A stretch of DNA of 32,000 nt from an uncultured bacterium (GCA_964565945.1 CAZMGY010000029.1:4294-36293), one strand, 5' to 3'; positions 1-9,893 are shown, counted from the stretch's first letter. Notes: a model not told the origin generated them from the sequence alone. Translations and numbers: made by a program.

Positions 1-835
1 GTTCTAAACTGTTTTGCCAATGAGGCATTGCCTCTGTACCCAACTCGGCTTTAAGCTTATTTATACTCATCACCGAATACATGGGACGTTGGGCTGACCG
101 AGCTCCCAGCACTGTTTTAGCCTGATTAAGCTCCACCTTAAGATTTTCTTGCTTTAAAATATTTTGAACAAACTGAAACCAACTGCATTCACCTTGCGAA
201 GTCATATGATAAAGGCCTCTAGACCCCTTGTCCAGTAAGTTCTTAAGCCCCACCGCAACATCTCTGGTAAAAGTTGGCACTCCTTGTTGATCATTGACAA
301 CCGTCAGACTCTCCCCTGCTTGCGCTTTGGCCAAAATCGCTTTAACAAAATTAGGCCCATAAATGCCACATAGCCAAGACACTCTCACAATCACATAATT
401 GTCTAATAGCTCTTGAACCTCTAATTCACCTTTATATTTTGTTTGACCATAAACATTCAAGGGACCAGTCGGAGAATCTTCCGCATAGGGGCTCTGCGCG
501 CAACCATCAAAAACATAGTCCGTGCTGATGTAACACATTTTAGCACCTATCTTCCGTGTCGCCTCGGCCACATGGCGTGTCCCCCCCACATTAACCCGAT
601 AACAAAGATCGTGCTCTTGTTCAGCCAAGTCCACTTTGGTGTAAGCCGCGGCATGGACAATCACATCGGGCGCAACTTCCTGTAGCACTTTCATGACTTG
701 CCCCGCATCGGTCACATCCAACTGGCTTCGATCACAGGCAACAACTTCGTAGTCATCCGACCAGGCCTGACATAACTCTTGGCCAAGCATTCCGCCCGCA
801 CCAGTGATGACAACTTTTGTCTTCAAAGAACTCAT
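1..835 (-). CDS. rfbD: dTDP-4-dehydrorhamnose reductase; the 3' end runs off the window, about 278 codons present
   Basis: My own minus-strand translation from the ATG at 835..833 gives MSSLKTKVVITGAGGMLGQELCQAWSDDYEVVACDRSQLDVTDAGQVMKVL... (Rossmann GxGGxxG). Near the window edge it reads ...RPMYSVMSINKLKAELGTEAMPHWQNSLE. Both segments are typical of RmlD. The ATG overlaps the rfbB stop (ATGA). It is absent from the ORF track because no stop falls inside the window. Confidence 0.8.
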   Translation of the reverse strand, partial: MSSLKTKVVITGAGGMLGQELCQAWSDDYEVVACDRSQLDVTDAGQVMKVLQEVAPDVIVHAAAYTKVDLAEQEHDLCYRVNVGGTRHVAEATRKIGAKMCYISTDYVFDGCAQSPYAEDSPTGPLNVYGQTKYKGELEVQELLDNYVIVRVSWLCGIYGPNFVKAILAKAQAGESLTVVNDQQGVPTFTRDVAVGLKNLLDKGSRGLYHMTSQGECSWFQFVQNILKQENLKVELNQAKTVLGARSAQRPMYSVMSINKLKAELGTEAMPHWQNSLE

Positions 836-1833
836 TTGCTCAAATACATTTGTTCGTAATAGGTTCTAAACTCCCCTGATTTGATAGGCTCCCACCAAGC
901 ACGATTCTCACAGTACCACCGAACTGTCTGTGGCATCATCTCTTCGAACGTGTAACGATGCTCCCAGCCCAAAGCTCGGATTTTATCACTCTTAAGAGCG
1001 TAGCGACGATCATGCCCTTGACGATCTTGGACATAACGGATACGTTCTTCGCCCAAGTTGAGCTCTTTCAAAATTAAATCTGTAATCTCTTTGTTGGTGT
1101 ACTCTTCGCTCACACCAATATTGTAGATCTCACCAGCCTGACCATGCTCCATCAAAAAAAGAATGGCCTGGGCATGATCGTCTACATAGATCCAATCACG
1201 CACATTAAGTCCATCTCCATACAAGGGCACATCCTCTCCCTCAAGTAAGTTGGTAATAAAAAGAGGAATCAGCTTTTCGGGATACTGATACGGACCATAG
1301 TTGTTTGAACAACGTGTGATAATCACGGGGACATCGTAGGTGGCAAAATAAGAAAAGGCCAAGCGATCAGCCCCAGCTTTACTTGCCGAATAAGGGTTGC
1401 GTGGCATAAGAGAATCTGTTTCCACAGAAGCCCCTTGCAAAACTTCTCCATAGACTTCATCGGTGCTGATTTGGATAAATTGACCCACCTCATTATCTTT
1501 GCAGGCCTCCAATAGATGATAGGTCCCCAAAATATCAGTCACAATAAAGTCTTCGGGATTCCCAATCGAACGATCCACATGGGTTTCAGCGGCAAAATTA
1601 ATCACCGTATCAAAAGGATATTGCGCAAACAATTGATCTAACAAAGATCTATCAGCAATATCCCCTTGGACAAAAGTTAGCTTGTCGGCCACAGACTCTA
1701 AATTTTCCTCACGCCCAGCATAAGTCAATTTATCCAAAACAACACAGTTCCATTCAGGATATTCGTTAGCCACTAAGCGAGCAAAGCAAGATCCAATAAA
1801 GCCCGCTCCTCCAGTCACTAAAACATGTTTCAT
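832..1833 (-). CDS. rfbB: dTDP-glucose 4,6-dehydratase
   Basis: 333 aa. VTGGAGFIGS NAD-binding motif and YSASKAGAD catalytic YxxxK. Overall RmlB-like sequence, with 4-nt overlaps to both neighbours. Confidence 0.9.
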   Translation of the reverse strand: MKHVLVTGGAGFIGSCFARLVANEYPEWNCVVLDKLTYAGREENLESVADKLTFVQGDIADRSLLDQLFAQYPFDTVINFAAETHVDRSIGNPEDFIVTDILGTYHLLEACKDNEVGQFIQISTDEVYGEVLQGASVETDSLMPRNPYSASKAGADRLAFSYFATYDVPVIITRCSNNYGPYQYPEKLIPLFITNLLEGEDVPLYGDGLNVRDWIYVDDHAQAILFLMEHGQAGEIYNIGVSEEYTNKEITDLILKELNLGEERIRYVQDRQGHDRRYALKSDKIRALGWEHRYTFEEMMPQTVRWYCENRAWWEPIKSGEFRTYYEQMYLSK

Positions 1834-2561
1834 ACCATCTCCCTTTGTCTTAACTGGGCCACCAAACCGTTAGTTCGATACAAAGCTTCAATCGTTCCCG
1901 CATCACTCCACCAGCCATCAATAACATCAAAAAACATTTCACCTTTTTGAATGTAATGGTTATTCACATCGGTGATTTCTAACTCTCCTCGATTTGAAGG
2001 CTTAAGAGTTTTCACAATATCAAACACCTTGGCGTCATACATATAAAGTCCCGTCACCGCATATTGACTTTTGGGATACTCAGGTTTTTCTTCGATTGCG
2101 ATAATTTTGTCCCCATCAATTTCGGGCACACCAAAACGCTGAGGATCTGGAACCTCTTTAAGAACAATGCGACAACCTCGCTTTTGTTTTTTAAAAGCAT
2201 CGACCATAGGAACAGTACTCTGCTCAAAAAGGTTGTCTCCCAAAATTACCGCCACAGGATCACCATCCACAAAATATTCGGTTAAACTCAAAGCTTCGGC
2301 AATGCCCCCTTCGCCTTCTTGGTAGGCATAATGCAATTGCTTAAGGCCAAATTTTTTACCATTGCCCAATAGACGCAAAAATTCACCAGCATTGTTGCCC
2401 CCAGTCACAATCATAATATTTTTGATTCCCGCCTGAACTAACAGCTCCAAGGGGTAATAAATCATCGGTTTATCGTACACGGGCAATAAATGTTTATTGG
2501 TCACTGTGGTTAAAGGCAACAACCTTGTCCCCAAACCTCCAGCAAGAATAACACCTTTCAT
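1830..2561 (-). CDS. rfbA: Glucose-1-phosphate thymidylyltransferase-like sugar nucleotidyltransferase
   Basis: 243 aa. MKGVILAGGLGTRLLPLT matches the GxGTRLxPxT nucleotidyltransferase signature. It is shorter than the canonical ~290-aa RmlA, so dTDP specificity is inferred mainly from the rfbB/rfbD context. Confidence 0.75.
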   Translation of the reverse strand: MKGVILAGGLGTRLLPLTTVTNKHLLPVYDKPMIYYPLELLVQAGIKNIMIVTGGNNAGEFLRLLGNGKKFGLKQLHYAYQEGEGGIAEALSLTEYFVDGDPVAVILGDNLFEQSTVPMVDAFKKQKRGCRIVLKEVPDPQRFGVPEIDGDKIIAIEEKPEYPKSQYAVTGLYMYDAKVFDIVKTLKPSNRGELEITDVNNHYIQKGEMFFDVIDGWWSDAGTIEALYRTNGLVAQLRQREMV

Positions 2562-3940
2562 GAGCCTATTCCATTCTCCATCACATATTTATTGCTTACA
2601 TCTTGTTTCTCAATCGGATATGTTCCCGAAAAGCACGCATCACAAAACTGTGTTTCCCCACCATTAAGAGCGTTCTTCATTCCAGATAAACTCAAATACT
2701 CAAGAGAATCCACCCCAATATGTTTGGCAATATCTTCGACCGACTTTTGCGCCCCAATCAACTCTTCCCGTGAAGGAAAATCCATACCATAAAAACATGG
2801 ATGAATCACTGGAGGGCAACTGACTCGCATATGAATTTCTTTCACACCACAATCACGTAACGTTTGCACACGCAGCTGACTGGTCGTACCACGCACAATC
2901 GAATCATCAACCAAAACAATACACTTGCCTTCCACCAAATCTTTGATGGGATTCAACTTAATTTTCACACGAAAGTCCCGCATAAATTGAGACGATTGCA
3001 TAAACGTACGGCCAATGTAATGATTCCTCACAATACCCATTTCGAACGGAATACCAGATTCTTCAGCATATCCCATCGCCGCAAAGTTGCCCGAGTCTGG
3101 CACTGCCAAAATCATATCAGCCTCCGCGGGTGATTCTTTAGCCAGCTGGTGACCTAGACGTTTTCGTTGTTTCGAAATACTCTGACCAAACACCACACTG
3201 TCGGGTCGCGCAAAATAAACCTGCTCAAAAATACAGCGCGCTTGGGGCTTTTTGGGCATTTTAATCGAATCTATCGTGCCATCGGGATAGATAAAAACAA
3301 TTTCCCCTCGTTCGATATCACGCACATATTCAACCCCCACCAAATCAAACGCACAGGTTTCGCTAGATAAAAAATACGCCCCATTCATTTTTCCCAAGGA
3401 CAAGGGTCTAACCCCATAAGAATCACGCACGCCAACCAAAATATCGTTCACCAGGAACAAGGCCGAATAAGCACCTTCGGCTTTTTGCAAAGCATTGATA
3501 AATTTTTTTTTCAAATCGGCTTCGGGAGACTTGGCTAAAAGATGAATTAAAATTTCCGAATCCATGCTGGTTTGAAAAATCGATCCCGCAGCCTCTAGCT
3601 CTCGACTCAGTTGGCGGGTATTGGTCAAATTCCCATTATGCGCCACAGCAAGAGCCGTGCCTTGATGATTCACCATAAAAGGTTGCACATTCACATGATT
3701 ATTGGAACCTGTGGTCGAATAGCGCACATGACCCAACGCAACTTTGCCTTGCAACTGCTCCATATCAAAATCTTTGAAAACGTCCTCGACTAAACCCTCG
3801 TTTTTAATCACTTGACCTCGCTCGCCATCAAACGAAGCAATCCCTGCACTCTCTTCTCCACGGTGTTGCAGAGCATATAAGCCTAAAAACGTATACTTCG
3901 CTGCAGAGGAGCTTCCTTGTATCCCAAAAATTCCACACAT
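2558..3940 (-). CDS. purF: Amidophosphoribosyltransferase (glutamine PRPP amidotransferase)
   Basis: 460 aa. MCGIFGI N-terminal nucleophile Cys and the PRTase motif CIVLVDDSIVRGTT. Cys residues consistent with the Fe-S type enzyme. The stop overlaps the rfbA start (ATGA). Confidence 0.92.
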   Translation of the reverse strand: MCGIFGIQGSSSAAKYTFLGLYALQHRGEESAGIASFDGERGQVIKNEGLVEDVFKDFDMEQLQGKVALGHVRYSTTGSNNHVNVQPFMVNHQGTALAVAHNGNLTNTRQLSRELEAAGSIFQTSMDSEILIHLLAKSPEADLKKKFINALQKAEGAYSALFLVNDILVGVRDSYGVRPLSLGKMNGAYFLSSETCAFDLVGVEYVRDIERGEIVFIYPDGTIDSIKMPKKPQARCIFEQVYFARPDSVVFGQSISKQRKRLGHQLAKESPAEADMILAVPDSGNFAAMGYAEESGIPFEMGIVRNHYIGRTFMQSSQFMRDFRVKIKLNPIKDLVEGKCIVLVDDSIVRGTTSQLRVQTLRDCGVKEIHMRVSCPPVIHPCFYGMDFPSREELIGAQKSVEDIAKHIGVDSLEYLSLSGMKNALNGGETQFCDACFSGTYPIEKQDVSNKYVMENGIGS

Positions 3941-4001
3941 AAAAGGCCCTGCTTTCTGTTTAAGAAATCTTAATATCTGCTAAAAATAAGACAATCTAGA
4001 T

Positions 4002-4030
4002 ATTATATAGACGAAGCCTCAAGACGTCAA
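4002..4030 (-). promoter_or_regulatory. Sigma70-type promoter for the purF-rfbABD operon
   Basis: On the minus strand: TTGACG (4030..4025), a 17-nt spacer, then TATAAT (4007..4002). It lies about 60 nt upstream of the purF ATG at 3940. Confidence 0.55.
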
Positions 4031-4185
4031 TCAGGCTCGTCGTTCATGAGCTTTCAAATTAAAGTGCCCATCCACCAGTGGAAAAGTCGTCTTTGGTGAA
4101 GTGCTCAATCTTCCAGCGACCACGGTTACGTAGAATAAGAGAATAAGACTCCTCGGGCAAGATCAATTTGTACCTTAACTCATCG

Positions 4186-5352
4186 TCACGGATTGAAGGA
4201 GTCCGCAGCTCCCCCCCCCCCCTCTTCCCAACCAGCAAAAGCATCGTAACGAGGATCTTTTCTGAGCTTCATATGTTTCAAAATACGATCGGCATGACCA
4301 TTTTCAGCCAAAAATTGTTCAAAGTCAGGATGCCTTAAATAGTTTTCCAGCGCTTTTACATCATTGTAAGGACCTAAATGACGTAAAAAATTTTCGGGAT
4401 GAATATGCCGGTAGGCTCGTGCAAAATCGTTATTCAAAAGCAAGGCCTCAAAAAACTGATTCAAGGTGTAACCTTCGTCGTACAGTACTTCGGTATGAAA
4501 CAACTCGTAACGCCCATCCTGCCATTTGTAAATCGATTTTTTAGTGATATAAGGTCCTTCTTCGGGTACAAAGACAATTCCTTTGCGCACCTTTTCGTGA
4601 ATTTCAACTTCTTTAAGCTTATCGCCAACCGCATCGACAAACACATAGGTACCCAAAAACAAACCCGACAGATTCAACACCTCTTGATAACAATCTCCTC
4701 TGGTTTTAGTAAAAATAAAAAGATTAGTAAAATCTTTCATCTCGCTACTCACAATCACCTCTTCACGCCCATCACGGTTTAAATCCTTGAACTTAACATC
4801 CGCTCGTCCCGAAGCTCCTTCAAAAAAGGTGACCAAGTGGCTCACCCGTGGCACATAATCAAAGAAATCGATCACAAAGAGAGCATAGGAGTATTTGCCC
4901 CGCTGCATCAAAACAAAGCATTCCTCTTGCCCATCGCGATCAATGTCCCGTTTAAGAAACAGCACAGGATTCACCCAGGTTGGATTTTTCTTTTCGTAAG
5001 GGTCAATCGGAATATCGAGGATTCGACGAAAATTATCGAGATTGACTTGGTCGACACCTGCAAACTTGCACAAAAGCAAGGTCATCGCCACACTATACTC
5101 TTTTTCACACAAGGACTGTCGGGGTTCTAACAGACCATAAATACGCCCCAAGCGATAATGAATCTCTGCCTGCTCATTGCTATACTTAGTGGCTTCACGA
5201 TAGCGCTCAAAGGCATAAAAATACTCTTCGGTTTGAAAATAATGGTCGCCCAAAGCCAGGTTATCGAGGTATAAAGCTGGCAGATCGTCTTCGGCATAAA
5301 GCGCCGAAACTATCCAACACACAACCCCCAACAACCCAACGCCCCAAGGCAT
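4186..5352 (-). CDS. Secreted hypothetical protein with a TPR-like N-terminal segment and FG-GAP/VCBS-like DxDxDG motifs; the true 3' end may be 4059
   Basis: 388 aa. N-terminal signal-like segment MPWGVGLLGVVCWIVSALYA. Motifs DIDRDGQEECFV and DLNRDGREEVIV. A G12 run (plus-strand C run 4211..4222) lies 7 codons before the stop. Confidence 0.6.
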   Translation of the reverse strand: MPWGVGLLGVVCWIVSALYAEDDLPALYLDNLALGDHYFQTEEYFYAFERYREATKYSNEQAEIHYRLGRIYGLLEPRQSLCEKEYSVAMTLLLCKFAGVDQVNLDNFRRILDIPIDPYEKKNPTWVNPVLFLKRDIDRDGQEECFVLMQRGKYSYALFVIDFFDYVPRVSHLVTFFEGASGRADVKFKDLNRDGREEVIVSSEMKDFTNLFIFTKTRGDCYQEVLNLSGLFLGTYVFVDAVGDKLKEVEIHEKVRKGIVFVPEEGPYITKKSIYKWQDGRYELFHTEVLYDEGYTLNQFFEALLLNNDFARAYRHIHPENFLRHLGPYNDVKALENYLRHPDFEQFLAENGHADRILKHMKLRKDPRYDAFAGWEEGGGGAADSFNP

Positions 5353-5359
5353 AGAATAC

Positions 5360-6655
5360 CTATCCTTCTTCGAGAATTTTATTCACAACTGACAAAAAGG
5401 AAATCACAGCATCTTTCACCGTTTGCTTTCCATTAAAGGCTCGCTCTAACTTAGGAATAATGTATTGCTGTTGAATTTCAGCCCAACGGCTATGAAAAGG
5501 ATTATAAGTCACATAAGAAACTGCTTCATTCAGCATACCTTTGTTCAAAGGCAACTTTTTATTAGTGGCCCAGGCATCGCTTTGAGCAATGCGACGATTC
5601 GCAGGCTGAGCTAAACCTGACGTTCCTAATAAAATCTGGCCTCGATCATTACAGAGAGCTTTGACCACTTCCCAAGCTTCTTTTTTATGACGTGAGGCTT
5701 TCAAAATACCGTAACCAGATCCACCAGTTCCAAAACCTCTCACACCAGGTTTGCTCTGAGGAAACATGACCACATCCCAACGAAAATTTTTCCCTTTACC
5801 TTGCATCGCAGCTGTTTTATTGCGTAAGCTAGGTGTTTCCCAAATACCCGAAGCAAACATGGCCAATTTGCCTGCCGCAAACATCGACTGAATACCCATA
5901 CCTAAGTTTGTCACCGCCGTAGGAGCAGGCATCACTTTGTGCTTATGAATCAAATCAACATAAAACTGTAAACCTTCCAAAGCACTTTGCTTGCCAAGCA
6001 TAAGGCGTTTGGGGTTTTTCACATCATCAACGATTTGACCTCCATTGCTAAAAATAAAGTTTTGCCAAGCCCAAGCATAAAAACCATATTGTTCAATTCG
6101 GCCATCAGGACCAACTTGGGTAAGCTTTTTCGCCATTTCCAACATATCGTCCCAAGTCCAATCATCGGTCGGATAAGGCAAGCCTGCTTCATCAAACAAA
6201 TCTTTGTTGTAATAGACACACGCAAAAGGAGCCGTATCACGAGGAATCACATACAAGTTATCATTCACAGTGAAACGATCAACCCCTTCAGGAAAGAAGT
6301 CATCCAAGTTAAAGTCTGGATCACCTTGAGCATAGGTGTTCAAAGGTTCAAACACCCCTTTTTTCACATAGTTCACGAACATGTCTACTTCCGTACAAAT
6401 AATATCGGGGGCAGCTCCACCAGCCACTTGGGTGAGCACTTTGCTCATGTAACCACCATAATTGGAGTGCTCAATCCGAACTTTAATATTGAGATGATCT
6501 TCTTGCCATTCTTCGAGAATGTTTTCGACAATTTTGACTTCTTCAGGGGTTCCCCAGAGACCGACACGGATAGGTGTCACATTTTCATCATGTTTACGTG
6601 TTCCACACCCCACCATCATTAACAACACACACACCAAAGATAATATTTTTTTCAT
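5360..6655 (-). CDS. ABC transporter extracellular solute-binding lipoprotein (family 1, sugar type); orphan, with no permease or ATPase adjacent
   Basis: 431 aa. Signal peptide with a lipobox-like LLMMVGC. The length and sequence pattern fit family-1 solute-binding proteins. Confidence 0.75.
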   Translation of the reverse strand: MKKILSLVCVLLMMVGCGTRKHDENVTPIRVGLWGTPEEVKIVENILEEWQEDHLNIKVRIEHSNYGGYMSKVLTQVAGGAAPDIICTEVDMFVNYVKKGVFEPLNTYAQGDPDFNLDDFFPEGVDRFTVNDNLYVIPRDTAPFACVYYNKDLFDEAGLPYPTDDWTWDDMLEMAKKLTQVGPDGRIEQYGFYAWAWQNFIFSNGGQIVDDVKNPKRLMLGKQSALEGLQFYVDLIHKHKVMPAPTAVTNLGMGIQSMFAAGKLAMFASGIWETPSLRNKTAAMQGKGKNFRWDVVMFPQSKPGVRGFGTGGSGYGILKASRHKKEAWEVVKALCNDRGQILLGTSGLAQPANRRIAQSDAWATNKKLPLNKGMLNEAVSYVTYNPFHSRWAEIQQQYIIPKLERAFNGKQTVKDAVISFLSVVNKILEEG

Positions 6656-6785
6656 TTTGATAAAGCCTCCAGAATAGATACTATATATACTAAAATTTAA
6701 TTAGCACACAGCATTATGCAAAGAAGCCTGTCAAATGTAAAGATTTTCCTTTTCTTTTCGCTCAATTAAAGAAAAAAAACGTTCC

Positions 6786-7547
6786 CTAAAAGTCGAAAAG
6801 AGTCTGTGCATTATGGGTGGTCACCTCATCCACTTCCGCAAAGTCTATTCCCTTAAGCTCAGCAATTTTTTCAGCAACAAGACGTGTGTAAGCAGGCTCA
6901 TTTCGCCCTCCACGAAAGGGATGCGGAGTTAAAAAAGGAGAATCGGTCTCTAAAACCATCCGATTTAACGGCACATAACGCGCCACTTCTTGCAAAGTTT
7001 TGGCATTTTTAAAAGTCACAATCCCAGTGAAAGAAATGTAAAACTCGTGATCCAACACAACACGTGCAAATTCTTTATCTCCTACAAAACAATGAAATAC
7101 ACCTGCAGGATCTCTTAAATTCACCGACTTCAAAAAAGCCTCCATTTCTTCTTCGGAGTCACGGTTGTGGATAATAAGGGGTTTATCTTTCACTTTCGCC
7201 ATTTCAACAAAAGAATGCATGCACTCATGCTGTTTTTTTTTAAGCGAATCATCGTGATACAGATCCATACCCACTTCACCCAAGGCCTTCACCTTGGGAT
7301 GATCTAAAAGCCGATCCAGTGCTGCATAGGTTTCTTCGGTCACGTCAAAAACATCGGTGGGATGAATCCCCACGGCAGCATAAATGTAATCATACTTTTC
7401 AGCCATTGCAATCGCACTGGTGCAGGTTTCCAAAGTTGTTCCAGGAATTAAAATCTTTTCAACTCCTGCTTGAAAAGCTCTTTTTAACAAATGATCCCTA
7501 TCTTGATCATACATTTCAAAATTAATATGGCAATGAGTATCAATCAT
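6786..7547 (-). CDS. tatD: TatD-family metal-dependent DNase/hydrolase
   Basis: 253 aa. MIDTHCHINF (HxH motif), with the conserved His/Glu/Asp pattern further on (GEVGMDL, IIHNRD, ETDSPFL). The ATG overlaps the metG stop. Confidence 0.88.
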   Translation of the reverse strand: MIDTHCHINFEMYDQDRDHLLKRAFQAGVEKILIPGTTLETCTSAIAMAEKYDYIYAAVGIHPTDVFDVTEETYAALDRLLDHPKVKALGEVGMDLYHDDSLKKKQHECMHSFVEMAKVKDKPLIIHNRDSEEEMEAFLKSVNLRDPAGVFHCFVGDKEFARVVLDHEFYISFTGIVTFKNAKTLQEVARYVPLNRMVLETDSPFLTPHPFRGGRNEPAYTRLVAEKIAELKGIDFAEVDEVTTHNAQTLFDF

Positions 7548-9052
7548 GTTTCTATCCTTGGAAATAGGGCTTGAATTTTGTCCAACTGTTTTCCTTCTTC
7601 AAGACAACCTTGTCGTCTTTCTTCCTCTGTTAACCCCAAATGTTGCTCGATCTTAGCCACTGCTTGTGGCACAAAGGGCTCCATCAAAGCACTCATACGC
7701 ACAATGACCTGAATCAAATACGACATCACATCCTCCAAGCGACTTTTCTGGGCTTCGTCTTTCGACAAAGCCCAAGGAGCTACTTCCTCCACATAGCGAT
7801 TCATGCGACGCATGTACTCCATAATCGATTCAAGTGCGATAGAAAACTTCACATCGTCCATCGCTTGTGCAACATCTTGCACTACCCGATCATAAAGCAC
7901 GTCAATTTCTTGTTCCAGTTCTGTTTTTTGATTAACATAGGCTGGCAAACATCCATCGCAATATTTGCTCAACATACCCAAGCTTCGTGAAACAAAATTA
8001 CCAAAATCATTGCTAAGCTCGCTATTAATGCGTTGAATCAATTGCTCCTCCGAAAAAGTACCATCGGATCCAAAAGGAACTTCACGCAAAAGAAAATAGC
8101 GAAACGCATCTAGACCATAGATATCCACCACATGGTACGGATCCAACACATTACCTTTCGATTTCGACATTTTTTCACCTTTGACCGTCCACCAACCGTG
8201 GACCACAATTTTCTTAGGTAACTCAAGACCCAAAGCATGCAACATAATCGGCCAAAAAACGGCATGAGGTCTTAAAATATCTTTCCCGATCAAATGAACA
8301 TCGCACGGCCAAAAAACATCCTTTTTATTCTCGCGACATAAAACACTCACATAGTTAATCAAGGCATCAAACCAAACATAAGTGACGTGATCTGGATCAA
8401 AAGGTAACGCAATCCCCCAGGACAAGCGTTCTTTGGGTCGCGAAATACATAAATCCTCAAGAGGTTCTTTCAAAGAACCCAACACTTCATTCTGTCGTGT
8501 TTGAGGCACAACTAAGTTGTTGTCTTGAATACACCCTATCAGCCATTTTTGATATTTGGACAAGCGAAAAAAGTAACTGGTTTCCTTCAACTTTTCAACA
8601 GCACGACCACAATCGGGACAGTTACCTTCTTTTAGTTGACCTTCAGGAAAAAAACTCTCACAAGGCACACAATACCATCCTTCGTACTCTCCCCCATAAA
8701 TGTCCCCTTGATCATAAAGTTTTTGCAAAAACTCTTGCACTTTAGCCCCATGTACTGGGTCGGTTGTCCGAATAAATGCACTGTAATCAATGCCTAAGGT
8801 TTCCCAAAGCTTCACGAAAGTTTGGGAAATATCATCGGTTAACTCTTGAGGAGTAATACCTTTTTCCTCGGCCGTCTTGGCAATTTTTTGACCATGCTCA
8901 TCCGTTCCTGTGGCAAAAAAAACATCTCGACCTTGCTTGCGATAATAACGAGTCAAAACATCGGCCGCAATCGTTGTGTAAGCATGTCCAATATGGGGAA
9001 CTCCATTAACATAATAGATGGGTGTCGTTACATAAAAGTTAGATTTTTGCAT
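7544..9052 (-). CDS. metG: Methionyl-tRNA synthetase (short form, no C-terminal tRNA-binding extension)
   Basis: HIGHAYT (HIGH motif), KMSKSKGN (KMSKS motif) and a zinc knuckle CVPC...CPDCG. I place the start at the ATG at 9052 (MQKSNFYVTTPIYYVNG), which has AAGGAA upstream. The track ORF reaches 9094 but that extension is basic junk overlapping ricT. Confidence 0.9.
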   Translation of the reverse strand: MQKSNFYVTTPIYYVNGVPHIGHAYTTIAADVLTRYYRKQGRDVFFATGTDEHGQKIAKTAEEKGITPQELTDDISQTFVKLWETLGIDYSAFIRTTDPVHGAKVQEFLQKLYDQGDIYGGEYEGWYCVPCESFFPEGQLKEGNCPDCGRAVEKLKETSYFFRLSKYQKWLIGCIQDNNLVVPQTRQNEVLGSLKEPLEDLCISRPKERLSWGIALPFDPDHVTYVWFDALINYVSVLCRENKKDVFWPCDVHLIGKDILRPHAVFWPIMLHALGLELPKKIVVHGWWTVKGEKMSKSKGNVLDPYHVVDIYGLDAFRYFLLREVPFGSDGTFSEEQLIQRINSELSNDFGNFVSRSLGMLSKYCDGCLPAYVNQKTELEQEIDVLYDRVVQDVAQAMDDVKFSIALESIMEYMRRMNRYVEEVAPWALSKDEAQKSRLEDVMSYLIQVIVRMSALMEPFVPQAVAKIEQHLGLTEEERRQGCLEEGKQLDKIQALFPRIET

Positions 9053-9893
9053 AGCATTCCTTTTGCACCTTTTTCTTCCTCTTAGGTGTTTCAATCACGC
9101 GTTTAATATCGGTCAAATCACAGACAGCTTCTTCGCCACTATCCCATAATTCGACCTTTAGTTTTTGCTTGAGTACCTGTGCCTCCACAACACTGGCTTT
9201 CCCTTGTTTTAACTCCAAAACAGTCCCTTTTGCATACATATTTTTTTGCAAATTTTTGTATTGATCATACTCATACGCCAAACAACACATCAGACGTCCA
9301 CAAACCCCTGAGACCTTAGACGGAACCACTGCTAAATCCTGCTCTTTCGCCATCTGCATAGACACTTTATGAAAGATTCTCAAATGAGAGGAACAGCACA
9401 GTTTGCGTCCACATCCTCCTAATCCGCCAATCAACCGTGCATGATCACGCACACCTATCTGACGCAATTCAATCCTTAAGCAAAAAAAACGCGCTAATTC
9501 AACCACTAAACGACGAAAATCTACACGGCCTTCCGCGGTGAAATAACAAACGATCTTGGAACGATCAAACACATATTCCATATCAACTACTCTCATCTTA
9601 AGGCCACTTTTTTTAATTTTCTGATAACTCAACTCTTTTTTTTCGGCAATTTTATCACGATTACGCTGAATATGCGCCTTATCTTCATCAGTGACCAAGC
9701 GAAGGATTTTAGGATAAGGCGACAACCCGCAGGCAGATTCTTTGATCTGAGGACGATCAACCACCTCGGCATAATGTTGCCCACGATCCTCCCCAACAAT
9801 GCACACATCACCCAACGACACATTCAATAAGCCAGCATCGCAATCCACTAACTTGCCCGCCAAACCTAGTCGAACGGTCACTAGTTTAATCAT
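9039..9893 (-). CDS. ricT: PSP1-domain protein (YaaT/RicT-like)
   Basis: 284 aa. Cys clusters CGRKLCCSSHL and VCGRLMCCLAYE are typical of the PSP1 C-terminal domain. The position directly downstream of holB matches B. subtilis yaaT. Confidence 0.8.
   Translation of the reverse strand: MIKLVTVRLGLAGKLVDCDAGLLNVSLGDVCIVGEDRGQHYAEVVDRPQIKESACGLSPYPKILRLVTDEDKAHIQRNRDKIAEKKELSYQKIKKSGLKMRVVDMEYVFDRSKIVCYFTAEGRVDFRRLVVELARFFCLRIELRQIGVRDHARLIGGLGGCGRKLCCSSHLRIFHKVSMQMAKEQDLAVVPSKVSGVCGRLMCCLAYEYDQYKNLQKNMYAKGTVLELKQGKASVVEAQVLKQKLKVELWDSGEEAVCDLTDIKRVIETPKRKKKVQKECYAKI

Noticed and set aside
4059-4244. 61-aa ORF as an independent gene.
   Set aside because: Its start overlaps the G12 tract of the upstream gene, and its frame is reached by a 1-nt slip. 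I interpret it as the alternative C-terminus of 4186..5352, not as a separate gene.
5987-6622. 211-aa plus-strand ORF. Similar long antisense ORFs occur at 18544..19074, 14299..14640, 4399..4782, 7640..7990, 12593..12907 and elsewhere.
   Set aside because: Each lies entirely inside, and antisense to, a gene with clear family motifs (SBP, gpsA, der, etc.). Their translations are low-complexity or His/Arg/Ser-rich, with no recognisable motif. These are typical shadow ORFs.
9053-9094. N-terminal extensions proposed by the ORF track: metG to 9094, holB to 10873, ATPase from 24363, and the secretin TTG at 22180.
   Set aside because: In each case an internal ATG has a better RBS and begins exactly where family-conserved sequence or a signal peptide starts. 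The extensions overlap the upstream gene heavily and look non-native.
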